Source of the DNA: a virus
IMG/VR virus record: IMGVR_UViG_3300022700_000082
Coordinates: 1 to 55,311 of that record
DNA length: 55,311 nucleotides
Direction: 5' to 3' (one strand)
In this document: positions 51,650-55,311 of the stretch, in pieces
Position numbering within the stretch: the stretch's first letter is position 1
Layout of the letters: every line of letters starts with the position of its first letter
The notes under the pieces: model-generated
The model's database searches: none
What the model saw: only the letters and a program-made list of their open reading frames with translations
Told to the model about the DNA's origin: nothing
Program-made: the position numbers and the translations under genes

Positions 51650-52327
51650 ATGAACCGACTGCACGATCACGACGGCGCCGAACTGCTGGCGCTGACCGAG
51701 GAACAGATCGAGACCCTGATCGACCTGGAGTGTGCCGTCCAGGGCGTCCCCCTGCTGCCCGAGGTCACGCCGACCCCACCGGCGGCCGTCGAGGCCGAGC
51801 CCGACCAGCTGGTCCACTCGGTCGCGGGCTACTACTTCCGGGACAAGGAGACCGCCGACGCGGTCGCCGAGTTCATCGGGAAGCAGCCCCGGCTGGAGGA
51901 CTACTACCTGAACGGTCGTTGGTCCGGGCCCAAGGGAGTCCGGCCGGACCCCGAGCCGTCCCTGACCGTCTCGGTCACGAAGTTCTGGACCGAGGCCCAC
52001 TACGACAAGCACCGGAACGCCCTCGAAGAATACAAGGGCGCGAAGGAGGCCTACGACCTGGCGCGGAAGGCGTACGAGCGCGTGGTCGAGGAGCGCAGCG
52101 CCGTCGCGGCGGAGGTCCACTCGGCCATCCGCGAGGCCCGGCACGCGCGGGATACGCGGGCCCAGATCGGCTCCGAGTTCCAGCGCTACCTGCGCCTGGC
52201 CGAGGGTGACCACGACGTCGCCCTGAAGTTCTTCCTGGACGCGACCGACTACGACCGCGAGCTGGTCGACGACGTCCTGGGCTTCAACGCGGTCGAAGAA
52301 AAGGTTGACACGCCCGCCGAGGGCTGA
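51650..52327 (+). CDS. hypothetical protein (225 aa)
   Basis: GAGGAGA SD upstream; no motif. Confidence 0.55.
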   Translation: MNRLHDHDGAELLALTEEQIETLIDLECAVQGVPLLPEVTPTPPAAVEAEPDQLVHSVAGYYFRDKETADAVAEFIGKQPRLEDYYLNGRWSGPKGVRPDPEPSLTVSVTKFWTEAHYDKHRNALEEYKGAKEAYDLARKAYERVVEERSAVAAEVHSAIREARHARDTRAQIGSEFQRYLRLAEGDHDVALKFFLDATDYDRELVDDVLGFNAVEEKVDTPAEG

Positions 52328-52400
52328 TACAATCGTCTGAACGACTGGGGAACTGTCCCCGACCACCGGCCGCGAGGCCACTGAAAAGGAGCGCCGCACG

Positions 52401-53213
52401 ATGGGTACCAAGAATAACGTCCCCGCCAAGGTGGACGAGACACAGACCCTTCCCGTCCTGGGCAGAGCCTACGAGGACTTCGCTGGCGAGGGCTACGACA
52501 ACCAGACGCAGGACGACATCGCGATCCCGTTCATCAACATCCTGCAGGGCCTGAGCCCCGAGGTCCAGGACGACGGCGTCGACGGCGCGAAGCCCGGCAG
52601 GCTGATCGACAGTGTGACCCAGGAGCTGTTCGACGAGATCGAGTTCACCCCGGCGCTGTCGAAGCACGTCTTCGTCGAGTGGATGCCCCGCGATAAGGGC
52701 GGCGGCATCGTCGCGCAGCACCATCCCAAAAGCCAGTTGGTGAAGGACGCGGATGAGGCCTCGACCCAGTTTGGCAAGTACTCGACCCCGGACGGGAACG
52801 ACCTGGTGGAGACCTTCTACCTGTTCGGCGTCGTCTCGGTCGACGGGAACCCGCGCGGCATGGCCGTCATGGCGTTCACTTCCACGAAGATCAAGTCCTA
52901 CAAGGCGGCGATGACTCGCCTGCGGACTTTCCAGATCGTCATGGAGGACGGCCGTCGCGTCACCCCGCCGATGTACGCTCACCGCCTGCTTGTCTCGACG
53001 AAGAGGCAGAAGAACTCGAAGGGCACGTTCTACGTCCCCTCGCTGGTTCCGGCCGTCGAGAACGACGTCTCGCAGTCCCTGCTGCCGAAGGATGACATCC
53101 GCTTCCAGATGGCGAAGGAGTGCTACGACCTGGTGAAGACGGGCCGCGCCGAGGCCGATACCGACGGGCAGAAGGCGAGCGCCGATGACCCGTCGGAGGA
53201 CATGCCCTTCTAG
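52401..53213 (+). CDS. putative ssDNA-binding / recombination-mediator protein with SSB-like acidic C-terminal tip
   Basis: The C-terminus ...ADDPSEDMPF resembles the acidic-tail-plus-terminal-Phe tips of bacterial SSB (DDDIPF) and T7 gp2.5 (DGDF). Replication-module context. The N-terminal block is DDIAIPFINILQGLSPEV. Confidence 0.45.
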   Translation: MGTKNNVPAKVDETQTLPVLGRAYEDFAGEGYDNQTQDDIAIPFINILQGLSPEVQDDGVDGAKPGRLIDSVTQELFDEIEFTPALSKHVFVEWMPRDKGGGIVAQHHPKSQLVKDADEASTQFGKYSTPDGNDLVETFYLFGVVSVDGNPRGMAVMAFTSTKIKSYKAAMTRLRTFQIVMEDGRRVTPPMYAHRLLVSTKRQKNSKGTFYVPSLVPAVENDVSQSLLPKDDIRFQMAKECYDLVKTGRAEADTDGQKASADDPSEDMPF

Positions 53214-53218
53214 GGCCC

Positions 53219-53275
53219 TGACCGCTCCACGCGGTCATCCGAGGGCGTCCCAGTAGGTGCGGGCTGGGGCGCCCT
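53219..53275 (+). terminator. two tandem stem-loops after the SSB-like gene (terminator candidate, no clear U-tract)
   Basis: TGACCGC-tccac-GCGGTCA (53219-53237) and AGGGCGTCCCAG-N10-CTGGGGCGCCCT (53242-53275, 1 mismatch). Confidence 0.4.
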
Positions 53276-53395
53276 ATTCCCACCGCACAAGAGATCACGA
53301 TGTACGTCTCCATCGCAGGCCGATCCCGAAGAAGATCTGCCCTTTTAGTGACTCAGCCTCCGAGCAATTGGGGGCCCTCGACCTAAGGAGCCTGT

Positions 53396-53782
53396 ATGAA
53401 GGTCCTGACGATTCTCGCACTGCTCTGGATCTGGTCCGCCCCTGAGGACGGCGGGCCAGTAGACACCTACGAAGTCCAAGTGCAACAGGCGGACACCACG
53501 CTGGTTCTGCTGTCCCCTGAGACTGCTGTGGTGACCGATGACACTTATCAACGGATACGGGTCCGTGGTTGGAACCACCAGGGCGCCGGTCCCTGGTCTC
53601 TCTGGTCCGACTGGGCTACTCCGCCCACATCGGTTGCCACCAAAGTGGATAGCGTCCTGGCGCACTACCATGTCTATTTTGTGGAGAAATACCTAAGCCG
53701 GCAGCCACTCGACATAAACGATCTGACGGCCTGGACGCAAACACGCCACGCGATCAATCGGATCCTTGAGTCGGGACGATAA
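53396..53782 (+). CDS. secreted/membrane-anchored FN3-like domain protein (128 aa)
   Basis: Signal-like N-terminus MKVLTILALLWIWSAP. VDTYEVQVQ...RIRVRGWNHQGAGPWSLWS is FN3-like. AAGGAG SD upstream. Confidence 0.55.
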   Translation: MKVLTILALLWIWSAPEDGGPVDTYEVQVQQADTTLVLLSPETAVVTDDTYQRIRVRGWNHQGAGPWSLWSDWATPPTSVATKVDSVLAHYHVYFVEKYLSRQPLDINDLTAWTQTRHAINRILESGR

Positions 53783-53784
53783 TC

Positions 53785-54108
53785 ATGCACGTCTACATTG
53801 CAGGACCATACACCAACCCTGACCCCGTATCGAACGCGAACCGCGCGATCAAAGTCGGAACAGCCCTGATGGAACTGGGCCACGTTCCCTTCGTGCCCCA
53901 TCTGAACCTGCTCTGGGATCTGGTCGACCCTGGGATCGAGTACGATTCCTGGCTGGCCTGGGATCTGAGCTGGCTGTCCCGATGCGACGCGATGCTGCGC
54001 CTTCCCGGCGACAGCCCTGGTGCGGACTTGGAAGAGGCCTTCTGCCAGGAGAACGGGATCCCCGTCTACCATTCCATCGAGGCCCTCAACGCGGCGGCGA
54101 AAAAATGA
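53785..54108 (+). CDS. nucleoside 2-deoxyribosyltransferase-like protein (DUF4406-like)
   Basis: MHVYIAGPYTNPDPVSNANRAIKVGTALMELGHVPFVPH...CDAMLRLPGDSPGADLEEAFCQENGIPVY matches the family pattern from memory. Confidence 0.55.
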   Translation: MHVYIAGPYTNPDPVSNANRAIKVGTALMELGHVPFVPHLNLLWDLVDPGIEYDSWLAWDLSWLSRCDAMLRLPGDSPGADLEEAFCQENGIPVYHSIEALNAAAKK

Positions 54109-55274
54109 AGTGGAGCCTCCAACAGGAGACGGCGCTTCGAGACGTCGACCGCTGGCTGACCGATCCCAACGCCGGGCAGGTCTTCCGCCTGTTCGGCTAC
54201 GCGGGCACCGGGAAGACGACGCTCGCGAAGCACCTTGCCCAGGACGTCGACGGCGTCCTGTTCGGCGCGTACACCGGGAAGGCCGCGCACGTCCTCCAGC
54301 AGAAGGGCTGCCCGGCCCAGACGATACACTCGATGATTTACATCCCGAAGAGGAAGTCGGCTGAACGACTGTACCGGCTGGAGAAGATTCTCCTGAAAAT
54401 GGACGAGGACGATCCCGACGCCGAGGAGGTCGTTCGGCAGATCCGCGAGGAGCAGCAGAACCTGAAGCGCCCGGCGTTCACCCTGAACACCGACTCGCCG
54501 GTTCGTGGGGCGAACCTCGTCGTCATTGATGAATGCTCGATGGTCGACGAACGGATTGGCGAGGACCTTTTGCACTTCGGTGCGAAGGTCTTGGTCCTCG
54601 GCGACCCGGCCCAGCTTCCGCCGGTCCATGGCGGTGGATACTTCACCGCGAAGGGTCCAGACGTCCTCCTGACTGAGATCCACCGGCAGGCCGCAGGGAA
54701 CCCGATCATCAAGCTGGCGACCAACGTCCGCGAGGGCCGCCCCCTCCAGGAAGGTACATACGGTGACAGTCGCGTGACCTATGATGTGGGTCCCGAGGAT
54801 GCGCTGGATGCTGACCAGATCCTGGTCGGCATGAACCGGACCCGCCGGCAGGTGAACCTCCGGATCCGCCAGCTCTGCGGCCACGAGGGCGTCGTCCCCG
54901 AGGTCGGCGAGCGACTGGTGTGCTTGCGGAACAACCACGAGCTGGGCCTTTTGAACGGCTCGATCTGGTTCGTGACCAAGGCCTACGGCGACGACGACCC
55001 CGTCGTCCTGACCGTCCGCCCCGAGGACGAGCGCTGGACCCAGGACATCCTGGCCCACCGTGCGCACTTCGCCGGGGAGGAACTCGACCACTGGACCCGG
55101 CTCGAAGCCGAGGAGTTCGCCTACGGCTACGCCCTGACCTGCCACAAGTCCCAGGGGTCGCAGTGGGACAACGTACTGGTCATTGACGAGAGCGGAGTCT
55201 TCAGACACAACTCACGTCGGTGGCTTTACACCGCGATCACCCGCGCTGCGGAGAAAGTGACTGTCAGGCTATGA
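54105..55274 (+). CDS. RecD/Dda-like SF1B DNA helicase
   Basis: Walker A GYAGTGKTT and Walker B VVIDECSMV. Also LVLGDPAQLPPV, EIHRQ and TCHKSQGSQWDNVLV. The ATG at 54105 forms an ATGA overlap with the upstream stop. The ORF's upstream extension to 53982 overlaps the previous gene. Confidence 0.85.
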   Translation: MKWSLQQETALRDVDRWLTDPNAGQVFRLFGYAGTGKTTLAKHLAQDVDGVLFGAYTGKAAHVLQQKGCPAQTIHSMIYIPKRKSAERLYRLEKILLKMDEDDPDAEEVVRQIREEQQNLKRPAFTLNTDSPVRGANLVVIDECSMVDERIGEDLLHFGAKVLVLGDPAQLPPVHGGGYFTAKGPDVLLTEIHRQAAGNPIIKLATNVREGRPLQEGTYGDSRVTYDVGPEDALDADQILVGMNRTRRQVNLRIRQLCGHEGVVPEVGERLVCLRNNHELGLLNGSIWFVTKAYGDDDPVVLTVRPEDERWTQDILAHRAHFAGEELDHWTRLEAEEFAYGYALTCHKSQGSQWDNVLVIDESGVFRHNSRRWLYTAITRAAEKVTVRL

Positions 55275-55311
55275 TCATCCTCTTTGCCCTCGCCACCAGG
55301 ATCCAACCTCG
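55213..55311. repeat. terminal overlap, identical to 1..99
   Basis: Direct comparison of the two ends of the window. Confidence 0.95.

Noticed and set aside
1-55311. A lysogeny module (integrase, CI/Cro-like switch), tRNA genes, or defence systems such as R-M with a nuclease partner or toxin-antitoxin
   Set aside because: No tyrosine or serine recombinase motifs, no cloverleaf-like sequences noticed in intergenic DNA, and no restriction endonuclease partner recognisable next to the methylase. Absence cannot be proven by eye.

Overview
This window looks like a complete, circularly closed genome of a GC-rich tailed phage. Bases 1-99 are identical to 55213-55311, so the unique length is 55,212 bp. 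Every convincing gene is on the + strand; the many long minus-strand ORFs in the track are antisense shadows of GC-rich coding DNA. Gene order: (1) nucleotide metabolism and replication: intein-containing class II RNR, a tentative aGPT-pyrophosphorylase-like and thymidylate-synthase-fold-like pair, family A DNA polymerase, dCMP deaminase, VRR-NUC, primase-helicase. (2) An accessory block: DUF5664-like protein, Cys-rich proteins, ClpP-like protease, M15 endolysin flanked by small membrane proteins. (3) A block of small ORFs driven by two near-consensus sigma54 (-24/-12) promoters, each inside one copy of a duplicated ~175-nt cassette, plus one strong sigma70-type promoter. (4) A lower-GC cassette: ORF166, a C5 methyltransferase split across two frames, and an HNH-like ORF. 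(5) About 0.9 kb of non-coding DNA carrying 25 helically phased GTTCC/GGAAC pentamers. (6) terS, terL, portal, MuF-like, scaffold and capsid genes. (7) A fibre, connectors, tail tube, G/GT chaperones with a GGGAAAC -1 frameshift, tape measure, and a GTA/lambda-J-like tail tip. (8) Holin and overlapped spanin candidates. (9) A second replication/recombination block: HTH-metallophosphoesterase, intein-containing SNF2 helicase, SSB-like protein, DUF4406-like protein, RecD/Dda-like helicase. From memory, this layout and the sigma54 promoters resemble the YuA/M6/phiJL001 group of siphoviruses. The most interesting candidates are the kinase-less aGPT-Pplase-like + TS-like pair, which may be a DNA base-modification module; the sigma54 cassettes that share a phased GGAAC motif with the 0.9-kb array; and two LAGLIDADG inteins that both end in TGN. 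All homology calls were made by eye from motifs, with no searches run.
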